64,000 bases of DNA from the NCBI GenBank assembly GCA_977017645.1, contig OZ360231.1, forward strand, positions 93,062,001 to 93,126,000, given 5' to 3'. Of this stretch, positions 1-11,796 are shown one piece after another. The position numbers and the translations under genes are program-made. The stretch comes from Torpedo marmorata (Eukaryota). The notes below the pieces were generated by a model. The model saw only the letters and a list, made by a program, of their open reading frames with translations, had not been told where the DNA came from and searched no databases. Each line of letters begins with the position of its first letter. Position 1 is the stretch's first letter.

Positions 1-510
1 CCACCCTCACCATCATTCAGGGCCCCAAACAGTCCTTCCAAGTGAAATAACACTTCACTTGTAAATCTGCAGGGGTCATCTGCTGAATCCAGTGCTCCCG
101 TTGTGGTCTCCTCTACATGGGAGGCACTGGATGCAGACTGGCAGATCGCTTTGAGCACCTTGGCTCTGTCCGCCGCATTAGCAGGGATCTCCCATTGGAC
201 ACCCATTTCAATTCCCTGCCCCATTCCCTTGCCAACATGTCTGTCCATGGTCTCATGCACTGCCAGACTGAGTCCACCTGCAAATTAGAGGAACAACACC
301 TCGTATTCCGTCTGGGCACCCTACAACCAGATGGCATTTACATTGACTCTCCACTTTCCGTTAGCCCACCCCCCCCCATCTTTCCCTATGACTCCTTTCC
401 TCTAGTCTCTCTCTCTTTCCTTTTCCCTCTTCTTTCCCCCAGCTCTGCTTCCACAGAGCCAAAAACAACCCCACCCCTTCCCCAATCAACTCTCACCTTT
501 CCTCTCTCTT
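1..510 (+). mobile_element. Penelope-like retroelement remnant (GIY-YIG endonuclease region plus C/T-rich tail)
   Basis: Degenerate translation FTCKSAGVIC*IQCSRCGLLYMGGTGCRLADRFEHL...KLEEQHLVFRLGTLQPDG matches the Penelope GIY-YIG domain and its C-terminus; a pyrimidine-rich tail follows. Confidence 0.8.
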
Positions 511-519
511 GTGTCCCAT

Positions 520-1683
520 CCACATCCAAAGAACTCCTGTGGCATCTTGTCAGAACTCCCCACTCTGTTGTTTGAGGGGCTTCCCCTCAGTCTCAGCCCC
601 TCAATGCCCAGTGATAGGAGGACTCGAGACTGTGGTCCTTCCCCACAGCACCCTCACGTTGGCTGCACCAAGCCTCAGTGTGTCCCTCAGCACGTACTTC
701 TGCAGCACGGAATGTGCCAGTCTGCAGCATTCCCACACCGACATCTCTGTGTGCTGAAAGATCAACAGGTTTCGTGCAGACCAAAGTGTGTCTTTCACCG
801 AGTTGATGGTCTTCCAGCAGTTCTGGATGTCTGACTCTATGTGCGTCCCTGGGAACAGCCCGTAGATCAGAAATTCCTCTGTCATGCTACTTGCTGGGGA
901 TGAACCGTGAAAAGGACCCTTGCATCCTTATCCACACACTCTCAGCGAATCTGCATTCTGCAAAGAGGTGGACCACTGCCTCCTCTCCAACGCCGTTATC
1001 TCAGGGACAACGTGCATTATGGGTGATGTTATGGTTGTACAGGAAGGATCTGATCGGGAAGGCTCCTTTCACCGCCAGCCAGGTCAAGTCCTGGTGCTTG
1101 TTGGTAAGCACTGGTGGTGAAGCATTCCGCCAGATAACCTGGACGGTCTGCTCAGGGAACCATCCCACCTTATCAATCGAGTCCTTGTCTCTCAGTGGCT
1201 GCAGGATGTTCCGTACTGACCATTGCCTGATGGCCTTGTGGTCAAACGTGTTTGTCTGGAAAAACTTTTCCATGGAGAATAAGTGGTATGGCAAAGTCCA
1301 GCTGACTGGGACATTGCGCAGCAATGGTCCAGGCCCATCTTTCGCAACACCTGGGACAGGTAGAATCTCAGCACGTCCATTGATTTGGACTGGGCTATGG
1401 ATGTTCGTGAAGAGCAGTTTAATCCAATTCCGGATTCCCTCCCCAAAGCCCATTTTGGAGAGCACGGCCATCATGTATGTATGTGATATCTGGTGTAAGC
1501 TGACCAGGCAGGAGTCCACTCCCCTGTCCTGCATGTAGGCGATGATATCTCTGAGCAGCGTGAGGCTGTCAGCGATTTTCCTGCCTGGACCCATGCAGGT
1601 TTGGTCTGGGTGGATTACCTGCCCCAGGGCAGACTTGACTCAATTGACGATGGCCTTGGACAGGACTTTGTAGTCAATGTTTA
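520..1683 (-). mobile_element. Tx1-like (L1 clade) LINE ORF2 remnant, internally deleted
   Basis: DYKVLSKAIVN*VKSALGQVIHPDQTCMGPGRKIADSLTLLRDII (RT N-terminal part) is fused to a zf-RVT-like C-terminus WRNASPPVLTNKHQDLTWLAVKGAFP...ARCP...HLFAEC; ORFs 1001-1594 and 593-885. Confidence 0.85.
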
Positions 1684-1694
1684 ACAATGATATG

Positions 1695-3818
1695 CAGGGG
1701 TGCAGTGCTGCTGGAGCTCACCGGAGCGCCACTCCGGCACCTCTGTAAAAAAAGGATCAACTTCTCCACGAATGAGGGAGATGTGATTGTAGATTTGAGA
1801 GAACATTCCTCTCCCAAGAAGTTTTAGAATTTGAGTCGGAATACTGTCTGCTCCCCAACTTTCCATTTGACACACAGGCATTAGTGAATCAGGAATGGTG
1901 GCGAGGCCAGACTGCCAGTTGAGGAAATGATTGGCGGATACGCTCCACTTTCCGTTAGCCCACCCCCACCCCCCCATCTTTCCCTATGACTCCTTTCCTC
2001 TAGTCTCTCTCTTTCCTTTTCCCTCTTCTTTCCCCCAGCTCTGCTTCCACAGAGCCAAAAACCCCACCCCTTTCCCAATCAACTCTCACCTTTCCTCTCT
2101 CTTGTACTCCAACATGCGTGAGCGAAGACACCGCGGTCCCGCTAAATATCGTGATACTTACACGGAGAGGGCCGTCGCCATCTGATTGGGGCCACATGGT
2201 AAGGTCCTGGCAGCGGAGGCTCCGATATCCCGTCTCGCCTGCGTTTCGTCCCCCTCTATCAATTCAGCTATGCTCGCCACTTACAGAATGGATCAGACCG
2301 ATAACAGTATTCCATTCAAAATTAGCCCTCATGTAGAAATAATATTTTTTATTTCTCGGCAGTTGACGGAGAGGAGGGGCTTTTGGCTGGGGTCAAAGTT
2401 GTACCGGTGAGTTTAGAGAAAGACCTGGGAAAAAGGGAGAGACACGGGATGGGGGGGGAGGGGTGGGGGAGAAAGGCACTGGATAGAGAGGGGTAGAGAG
2501 AGAAGTGTAGGATAGATAGAAGCACAGGATAGAGAGATAGAAACTCGGAATAGAGTCAAAATTGAGAGAGACCTTAGATTTGTGTGTGTGTGGGTGGGGG
2601 TGGGGCAGAAACCTGGGAGATAGACCCAGGATCGAGAGGGAGAGATAGAAAAAGACCTGGGGGAGAAAATACTGAGTGATAAGGAGACCCAGGAGAGAAA
2701 GAGAGACCCGGGATAGTGAGAAAGATAAATCGACAAGATTAGGGACAGTGAGAGAGGAGACTTGGGATAGAGTGATGCAGGACAGAGTGAGGAACCCCAG
2801 GAGAGAGAAATATGAGATAGAAAGAGAGAGTCCTGGGATAGAGGGAAACTGGGGAGATAGAGGAGAAGATCAGAGAGGGAGATACATGGGATGGAGTGGG
2901 ACCCAGGATATGGATAGAGTGAGCTTAGGGACAAGAAAGAGAGAGAGAGGGATCTAGGATAGATAGGGAGAGGGAGATTTCCAGAGAGACCCAAATTAGG
3001 TGGGGGGGGGGTGGAATGGGGGGAGAGAAGAATGAACAAAGGGATGTCATAGTGAGAGAGAGGGACAAATCCAGGTTGGAAGGAGACCCAGCCAAGATAG
3101 ATGCAAGAGACACAGGAAAGAAAGTGAGAGACATGGAATAGGAACAATGAGAGTTTGGGTGGAGGAAGAAAGAATGACCAGGAAAGCAAGAGGAAGGAAC
3201 AAAACAAAACAGAGTTCCAAGAGGCAATCCCCACAGAGAAAGAGAATGACCAGGACAGACAGACATATGTGAAACTCATGATGTGGAGAGATAGGACAAA
3301 CTCAAGGTATGTACCGAAAAAGAGATGGCATTTTAAAGAGAGAATCGGGGAGAGACCTGAGAAAGCAAGGGCCAGAGACATGACACATTTTGGGGATTAG
3401 ACAATCTAGGAATTAATCTACCAGACCTCTGCAGATAATTAGTGAGTGCAACCGTGCAATACTTTGTCATATTATTATTTTAGGTATTATGTTTTATTGT
3501 ACCAGTTATACACTGAAATGTAGTGATAGGCTATAATCCTGTTAATGTCTTAACTATCACTATATTTCTGTGGAGCTCTGGAATTCATATATTTATTTCA
3601 TCTTGGTTTAGTGCTTGACATTATAAGAAGCCCTATTCATATATATATGTTACACCCAATTTGTGTACCTGCTCATTTCATGTACTGGGCAACTTCCTTG
3701 CCCCATTCATGTAATGAGCAGGTACACAAATTGGATGTGACATATACAGAGAGAGGATATGGGAAATGGCAGGCATTTTGTTAGCTCCGGCACCTAAAAA
3801 AATAGCACTGCACCCCTG
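1695..3818. mobile_element. Non-autonomous hAT-type DNA transposon carrying heterogeneous cargo
   Basis: Perfect 14-bp TIRs caggggtgcagtgc (1695-1708) / gcactgcacccctg (3805-3818); identical 8-bp TSD atgatatg (1687-1694, 3819-3826); subterminal motif ctccggcacct near both ends; no transposase ORF. Confidence 0.85.
2413..3380 (+). repeat. Purine (GA)-rich low-complexity tract
   Basis: About 1 kb of strongly G/A-skewed degenerate gagaga/gataga sequence; explains the S/L/P-rich spurious ORF 2413-3381(-). Confidence 0.85.
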
Positions 3819-3829
3819 ATGATATGGGT

Positions 3830-5880
3830 CATCAGAATCAGAATCTATTGTCATGAACAAGTCATGAAATTCGGTGTTTTGAGGCAGCATCATAGTGCAA
3901 ACATTCATATCATAACCATCTTAAGACATTACTATAAAAAATATATATAAATAATAGTGCACGAAAAGTAAGGCAGTGTCTTTGGTTCATTGATTATTCA
4001 GGAATCTGATGGCAGCAGGGAAGAAGCTGTCCTTGTGCCGTTGAGTGCTCGTCTTTAGGCTCCTGTACTTTTTTCCCGATGGAAGCAGAGTGAAGAGGGC
4101 ATTGCCTGGGTGGTGGGGGTCTTTGAGGACAGAGGCTGCTTTTATAAGACACTGCCTCGTGTAGATGTCCTCGATGGAGTGAAGTTTGGTGCCTGTGATG
4201 TCACAGGTCGAGTTAACAACCCCCTGGAGTTTATTCTTGTCCTGAGAGTTGGCGCCTCCATTCCAGGCAGTGATGCAACCAGCCAGAATGCTCTCCACAG
4301 TACACCTGTAGAAGTTTACGAAAGTCTTTGGTGACATACCGAATCTCCTCAGACACCTCACAAAGTATAGCCGCTGGCGAGCCTTCTTTGTGATTGCATC
4401 AACGTGGAGGCTCCAGGACAGATCCTCGGAGATGTTGACACCCAGGAATTTAAAGTTCTTGATCCTCTCCACTACTGAGCCCTCGATGAGGATTGGGTCG
4501 TGTACCCCTGACTTCCTCCTAAAGTCCACAATCATCTCCTTGGTTTTGCTGACGTTGAACGCAAGGTTGTTTTCGTTACACCATTCAACGAGCTGATCTA
4601 TCTCCCTCCTGTACGCTTCCTCATTGCCGTTTGTGATTCTGCCGACAACTGTGGTGTCATTGGCAAACTTGTAGATGGTAATTGGAATTGTGCCTGGCCA
4701 CACAGTCATGGGTGTATAACGAGTAGAGCAGTGGACTAAGCACGCATCCTTGGGGTGCACCCGTGTTGATAATCAGTGAGGAGGACACGTTGTTTCCAAT
4801 TCGTACTGACTGTGGTCTTCCGATGAGAAAGTCAAGGATCCAGTTGCAGAGTGGGGTACAGAGGCCTAGTTTGTAGCTTCTTGACCAGCACTGAGGGAAT
4901 AATGGTATTAAAGGACGAGCTGTAGTCGATGAAGAGCAGCCGTATGTATGAATTGCTGTTTTCGAGGTGATCCAGAGCTGAGTGGAGAGCCAGCGATATT
5001 GCATCTGCTGTGGAGCGATTGTGACGATAGGCGAATTGCAGTGGGTCCAGATCTTTGCTTAGGTACATGTTAATTCTGGCCATGACCAGCCTCTCAAAGC
5101 ATTTCATCGCAGTAGAAGTTAGTGCTACTGGGTGGTAGTCGTTGAGGCAGCTCACACTACTCTTCTTGGGTACTGGGATGATTGATTCCCTTTTGAAGCA
5201 GGTGAGAACCTCTGACTGCCGCAATGAGAGGTTGAAAATGTCCGTGAACACTCCGGCTAGTTGGTTGGTGCAGATTTTCAGTACCCTGCCAGGTACGCCG
5301 TCAGGGCCTGACGCCTTGCGAGGGTTCACCCTCTTGAATGATGTTCTGACGTTGCCCTCAGAGACAGATATCACAGGGTCCTCAGCCTTTTTAGGGATTC
5401 TAGTAGGCACTGTTTGGTTCTTCTTCTCAAAGCGGGCATAGAAGGTGTTCAGCTCATCGGGTAGTGAAGCATCACAGCCGTCTATAGTGTTCACTCTCGC
5501 TTTGTAGGCTGTAATGGCCTGCACTCCCTGCCATAGCTGGTGTGTATCTGTCTCTGTCTCTAGCTTCCTCCGGAATTGCCACTTTGCTTCAGAGATGGCC
5601 TTCCGCAGGTCATGCCTGGACTTCTTGTAAAGATCCCGATCCTCAGCCTTAAACGCCCTTGTTCTCGCCCTCAGCAGGTTGCGAATTCTCTGATTCATCC
5701 AGGGCTTCTTGTTGGGGAATTCCTGATATCCTCCTTCTACCCCTTCTGTTTGAAGATGAGGGTGATGATGCCCTTCCACATGGAGCCTGACATGCTTCCT
5801 GCCAGGAGCATAGCGTTGTATATACATCCAGCAGGTCCCAGTCCACCCAGTCCTACAGAGCCGTGTACTACTCAGCTGTT
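3830..5880 (-). mobile_element. Rex1/Babar-like LINE, 5'-truncated and frameshifted
   Basis: RT motifs [61 protein letters not shown]; C-terminal KDPHHPG...DSFFPAAIRFLN; (TTCTGA)n-like tail at ~3830-3850. Confidence 0.9.
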
Positions 5881-5899
5881 AAGCCTTTGCTTCTGGGAG

Positions 5900-7460
5900 T
5901 CTTACTGGACCTAAAGGAACGATGGAGTTCATCAGCTCCCCAAGGTAATTAGCTGATCCACTCTCCCGCTCTCTGTCTGCAGGGCATGATGAGAGGACAA
6001 AAAAATATTCACATGCATTGTGTCAGGCGGTAGGAAAATTGTATGGGAGGGTCCAGTTGCCCAAACACCTTTAACTGAAGGTAATATGCACCCATTTACA
6101 CTGGGAGACAAAATACGTGTGAAATCAATGAATAAAGATTCTTTTCTCCCTGGTGAAAAGGCCCGTATCTCGTGCTCTTAATGACCTGTTAAAGTAAAGA
6201 AGAAACCTGATTGGAAATATGCCACAAGTTGCAAGCTGCACCACGAAGAGGATGATATGAACGTGGTAAAAATGGTATCTTCCCTGAGAGAGAGGAACGG
6301 CGCTGAGATCTAAGAGCAGAATGCCACTAAGAGACTGAAAAACCTAACCCATAGCTCATGTCGTATATATTTAATAACTAATTATTAACAAAATATATAC
6401 TCAATAGAGGACTAATATGAAGAAAGTAGTAGCACTTACCCTATAGGGGGTAGGATTGATTAGGTGCCTAACTGCACCCCAGGTTATATAAGAGGGAATA
6501 TGGAAGCAGAAAAGCTTTGAGTGTGTGAAGTTGGGGGGGGGGGGGGCAGACCAGCCCACGCTTACAAAATACATGGTGGCAATTTGCTAATTATACAGAC
6601 CACCGGGCAAATCTAACCAACTGCTATGTTTTTATGGCAGTTCCCCACTTGGCGAAGAGCCCGGTATATCTTAAACCTTTGCCAGTGGAAAGAGAACCCC
6701 CCTCGTTATCTATAATTGTTAAGACTACAGTCCTACACTGTTCCAGGCTGCAAGTCTGCTCACCAGAATTGTCTGGACTCTATAAAGTATCTGGTATTGA
6801 GTAGTTTTAATTCTGGGGAAACACCACTTTTAATTTTACAGCACTGTGCTCCCCCTATTGTCTCCAAGCTTGGGCCCTGGTCAATAGCTCCAACACTATC
6901 ACTGTGCCAAGAGAGGTGTATGTAGAAACCCATGAGGCCTCATCTCCAATCTGTTTATGTACAGAACCAGACTCTTTAAAAAAAACAACTGATTAGGATT
7001 TTCCTCGTGTGACATGTCCCTCGCGCTCCTAATACAGTGGTCCAATCAATCTGCCAATGTGACCAAGTTGGACCAAAGCTACTGTTTACCACTCCTATAG
7101 TATCTGGATGGCAGCGTAAATATATGGAGTGCCAGGGTAAGTTTGATCTGTGGGACTAGGGCATATCCATTGCTCCCTAAGCGATGGGCTGAGGGCTGCT
7201 ATCTGGGAGAGTTGTCTATCTCTGTCATGACTATAGTCCCGCCACCCAATGTTTCCCATGCAGGCCTCTTCCACTCACGTGGAGTTCTAATTTCTTCAGG
7301 AACTAAGTTTTCAGCAGGATTTCTCCCCCAATGGGGTGCTGTAAATAATGGACATGCAGTAGACAACATATGTTTAGAAATGGAACAGTTGACCAACGAA
7401 ACTATAAAGGGGTTAGCCATTCTGAACCAGGAGATGGAAAATCTTCGAATGGTGGCCTCA
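5900..7460 (+). mobile_element. Class I ERV 3' remnant: integrase C-terminus plus gamma-type env fragment
   Basis: ~6090-6240 HPFTLGDKIRVK...KGPYLVLLMT (IN GPY/F region); ~6570 NTWWQFANYTDHRANLTNCYVF (SU with degenerate CxxC); ORF 7143 ICGTRAYPLLPKRWAEGCYLG...NETIKGLAILNQEMENLRMVA (SU/TM), truncated just before the immunosuppressive domain. Confidence 0.8.
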
Positions 7461-8109
7461 TGGCTTACAGAACAGAATAGCAGTGGACAAAGGTTATGGG
7501 GAGAAGGCCAGAGAGTGGGCCTGAGAGGGAGAATGGATCAGCTCATGATTGAATGGCAGGGCAGACTCGATGGGCTGAATACCCTATTTCAGCTCCATGC
7601 CTCTATTTATAAGCATGGGACCCTGCTTCATGTCTATTACTACCCTCCCCGCAGTTTATTATGTCTCCAGGTTTTGTGCCTTGTACACCAATATCAAGCA
7701 GCAAAATGCACATGACTATAAACTTACTTCAGTCTAAAACACAACTTTTCACAACTACTCATTGCTTCTTGTCCATACATATATAATTTTTTGGCATTAC
7801 CAATCCCGAATTGAATCACTCCACTATTGGCAGTCGTGATTTAAACTCCAAAGTTCTTGGGTTTTGTCCCTAAACCTCTCCTCCACTAAGATGTCCTCTA
7901 AAATCTCTGTTATTTACCACATGCCCACCATATCAAGTTTTAAAATAAATGTGGAAAATGCTGGAAACATCCAGGAAATGACGCAGCATCTGTGGAGAGA
8001 GAAACAATGTGTCAGGCCACCAGAAACAGTTATGTTTGTTAAAGTTCCTCTGAAGCACCTGAATTAAGGAGGCTCTACATTGAAAATTAATATGAGATAT
8101 TTTGTCGTA

Positions 8110-9240
8110 ACCCACCTGGAGAACGATTCCTCATACGCCAGGTTGCTGTTCATTGACTTCAGCTCGGCTTTTAATACAATCATACCCCAGAGGCTCATGG
8201 AGAAGCTGTCGTCACTGGGACTCAACACCCTTCTCTGCAACTGAATTCTTGACTTACTAACGGAAAGACCAGTCTGTCCGGGTCGGCAGCAGAATGACGA
8301 GCACCATCACCCTGTGTGTGCACTGGCGCACCTCAGGGCTGAATGCTCAGCCCACTCTTGTTCACACGACTGACCCACGACTGCAACGCTAGATGCAGCT
8401 CCAACAGAGTCATCAAGTTTGCACGTGACACGACAGTAGTTGGCCTCATCAGCAACAACGAGTTGCACTACAGAGAAGAGGTGAAAAATCTCGTAAAATG
8501 GTGCGAGAAGAACAACCCGAGTCTCAACATGGACAAGACGAAGATTATTGAGGACTTCAGGAGGACCATCCTCCACTACACATTAGAATAGCTTGGTAGT
8601 GGAGAGAGTAGAGAGCACCAAGTTACTCGGAGTCCACTTAAGAAGTGAGCTATCCTGGACACAAAACATCTGCTCACTTGTCAGGAAGGCGCAACAGCAA
8701 TTGCACTTCCTGAGAAGGCTGAGGCGGACCATTCTGTCAACTTTCCACAGGAGCTCTAGCGAGAGCGTCCTGGCCAGCTGCACCACAGTGTGGTAAGGTT
8801 GCTGTAGAGAGCATCAGATGGGAGGTCAATCCACAGGACCATAAAAGCAGCAGAGAAGAGCACTGAGGTCTCCCTCCCTATCGATGGGATTTACCGGGAT
8901 TGTTGTTTAAAGAGGGCTTGCAAAACCAGTGAGGATCCCTTCCACAACACTTCGAGATGCTCCTCTGGAGAAAGAGATACAGGAGTATCAGAGCCAGCAC
9001 TACCAGGCTGAGGAACAGCTTCTTCCTACGGACAGTGAGAATCTGAACGACTGATGAATTGCTCATACAAACCCTCCGAGACTCAACTATTAATTTAATA
9101 ATAATATTTATTTATTTTGATATTTGTATATATATGTATCGTTTGACTCTGTTTTGTTTGCAGTATGTTGCCCCGAGGACCGAAGAACGCAGTTTCGTCG
9201 GGTTGTACTTGTACAATCCGATGATAAATAAACTTGACCT
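8110..9240 (+). mobile_element. Rex1-like LINE 3' fragment (second family)
   Basis: [39 protein letters not shown]; LINE 3' UTR ending ataaataaacttgaccttg. Confidence 0.85.
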
Positions 9241-9414
9241 TGGGCGGCTGCAGCAGTAAGAATGTCGGTGTACCTGTACATTGTACTTACGTGTATGACA
9301 ATAAACTCTCACCTCAAGTTCTGTGATGAGTTTGAAAGCGGGGCTAGACATTGGCGCGGTGTTGCCGGCATCGGGCCCCGGGACCAGGCCACCAGTGCGG
9401 CAACTCGGGACCAG

Positions 9415-9960
9415 GCCACCCCCCGTGTCCCCCTCCCCCCCGTGTCCCCTCCCCCATGTCCCCCGACACCCCCGTGTCCCTCGACCCCCCCGTGTCCCCC
9501 GACCCCACCCCGTGTCCCCCGACCCCTCCCCCGTGTCCCACGACCCCCCCGTGTCCCCAACCCCTCCCCCGTGTCCCCCACCCCTCCCCCGTGTCCCCCA
9601 CCCCTCCCCCGTGTCCCCCACCCCTCCCCCGTGTCACCCGACCATCCCCCCCGCGTCCCCCGAACCCCCCCGTGTGTCTCCCCCGACCCCCCCGTGTGCC
9701 CCCCCCGACCCCCCCGTGTGCCCCGACCCCCCCCCCCGTGTGCCCCGACCCCCCCCCCGTGTGCCCCGACCCCCCCCGTGTGCCCCGAGACCCCCCCCGT
9801 GTGCCCCGACCCCCCGTGTGTGACCCGACCCCCGACCACCCCCTGTATGACCCGACCACCACCCCCTGTGTACCCCGACCACCCCCATGTGCCCCGACCC
9901 CCGACCACCCCCCGTGTGCGACCCCCGACCACCCCCCGTGTGCGACCCCCGACCACCCAC
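9415..9960 (+). repeat. C-rich degenerate minisatellite (~18-22 bp units, ccccgtgt(g)ccccgac)
   Basis: Direct inspection; produces the six-frame P/G-rich pseudo-ORFs at 9112-10226. Confidence 0.9.
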
Positions 9961-9974
9961 CAGGGGCGAACGCT

Positions 9975-10060
9975 AACACGGAAGTGCTTCCTCTAGTTTT
10001 GGTCCGTTTGCTGGAAGTGACGTCAGGCGCTGCAGGTCGGTGGAAGAGAAGATGGCGGTG
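9975..10060 (+). promoter_or_regulatory. CpG-island housekeeping-type promoter of KLHL15 (ETS, ETS-CRE composite, YY1)
   Basis: cggaagtg 9979-9986; ggaagtgacgtca 10013-10025; aagatggcgg 10049-10058; CpG-rich context upstream of a strong donor at 10272. Confidence 0.7.
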
Positions 10061-10271
10061 GTGGGTTGGAGCTGACACTCAGTTTGGGGGGCGGGGGGGG
10101 TGTGGGGTTGGGTTGGGGGGTAACGGCGTTGACTTCACTGGCGGCGAAGCCGAGTGTGGAGAGGGAAGAAGGGGAGGGTGGAGGAGCGAGGGCACCGAGA
10201 CAGTCCCCTTCGTGGATCGCGGTTAAAAGGAGGGTGGAGTTGGATGTGAGGAGCGGTGGCTACTGATGTTG
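10026..10271 (+). other. KLHL15: Putative non-coding exon 1 of KLHL15
   Basis: Follows the promoter motifs and ends at TTG|gtgagt (10272); TSS position is approximate. Confidence 0.55.
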
Positions 10272-11671
10272 GTGAGTGAGGTGGAGGAGAGTTGGGGGCA
10301 CCCAGTGGGTCATTGGTGTCCTTTTCAGTAGAAACCGTTACGGAAACGAGATTAATGATTTTCAGTTTTCAATTCAAACACATCCCATCTCTTCATCTAA
10401 AGCGGAAGGAGGTCTATGGAGGGGTTAAACTTGCAGGCAAGTTTGTTTTTAGAAAAGCCCCTTCGTCCTGATTCCAGCGCTTGTGAGTTGTGTTGTACGT
10501 ATCTAAAATGAAAGTTTGTTAAGATCGACGTTTGAAGTCTTCTGGAAACAAATAGGAGGTATTTCTGAACGTGGCTGGAGTCATTAAAACCATTGGTACG
10601 TGTTTTTCTTGGGTTACTGAAATTTGAAGGGTAAGTGTTTGTTAAATTGTTAAGCAATTTGCAGAAAAATATGAAGAAGTGTTTAAGACAAGTTCTGGAG
10701 GTTTAGTCTATAATATTTGTGGCATCCTATATAGCATAATGCGAGACAAATTTGCATTGCGATCACAAAGACACATTAAAATTTAACATTTTTCAAATTA
10801 TGGCTTTGAGTTTCTGAATTATGGGAATGACCCAGCCAAGTCTTGAGAAGGGTACAAAGACAGTATAATCCCAAATGCCTTATAATAATGTGGGTATGCA
10901 TAATTGGGTTAGGCGATTAACATAGTTGGCTTTTTAGCTTGTGTGCATTTTGTGTGAGGGAAGTTTAAATATTGTTCTTCTAAATAGAACAAGTAAGCCA
11001 GTGCTTGTGTTAAACCACTGTATTAAATACAACTTTTTCCAAACATTTGTAAATAAGAATATAGATTGAAATAATTGGAACAGCTTGAGTCAGGTGACTA
11101 AATAGTTTCTGAATGGAGTGCCATGAAATATGTATGACCATTCATTGAATATAAGCATTTGGAACTGGAGTCGGATTTTCAACTCCTCAAGTCTTTTTGC
11201 TTATTTCAATAAAGTCTTATTGTAACCTCAACTTGATCTTAACCTTCATAACCTTTCAGCTCTCTTTGTCAAAAGTTAACTAACCTTTGTCTGAAATATT
11301 GAAAAAAATCTCATCACTTTTAAAAGGGCAGTCTCTTATTTTTAACAATGAGCTCCAGTTTTGGATTTTCTCTCAAAAGGAAATATCTTCACATGTCCAC
11401 CCAGTCAAGACTTTTTAAAAATTGGTATTACAGCTTTAGGATTTAGGATTGTGCATGGAAGTATTTTTCCTTCCAGTTGAACAGCCTATCATCTCAAGAC
11501 AAGGGAATAAAAATTCCTAATGGGCAAGTATGAAACCAGTAGCAAGGAAAAAAGGAAGTTTGAAATGCCAGGGATATTTTTCTCTGTTGCAGTAAGTATT
11601 AGAGGCTAGTTACTTGAATAGTAATAAGAAAATATTTTCAAACATTTTCATTTTTCCCCCTTGCCATGCAG

Positions 11672-11796
11672 GAGCCGCTTGCTAATGTGGAGCCTCTGTT
11701 AGGCAGGAGCACGGGACGGTCAGGACTGAGGACCCCATCACGAATTCTGTCGATGTCACTGCACACTTGTTCAATGGACAGTGCACTTGCAGGAAG
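11672..11796 (+). other. KLHL15: Putative non-coding exon 2 of KLHL15
   Basis: Polypyrimidine tract plus cag| at 11671; AAG|gtgagc donor at 11797; consistent with the recalled four-exon structure of human KLHL15. Confidence 0.55.

Noticed and set aside
2413-3400. 322-aa Ser/Leu/Pro-rich ORF and R/E/D-rich opposite-strand ORFs
   Set aside because: Translation of a GA-rich low-complexity tract.
7143-7715. 190-aa env ORF as a domesticated syncytin-like gene
   Set aside because: Upstream SU is broken by stops and frameshifts, and TM is truncated before the ISD and membrane anchor, reading on into an unrelated repeat tail.
1-9960. EIF2S3, expected head-to-head with KLHL15 from human synteny
   Set aside because: No exon matching the EIF2S3 N-terminus was recognised on the - strand in this interval.
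9112-10226. Long Pro/Gly-rich ORFs in all six frames
   Set aside because: By-product of a stop-free C-rich minisatellite.
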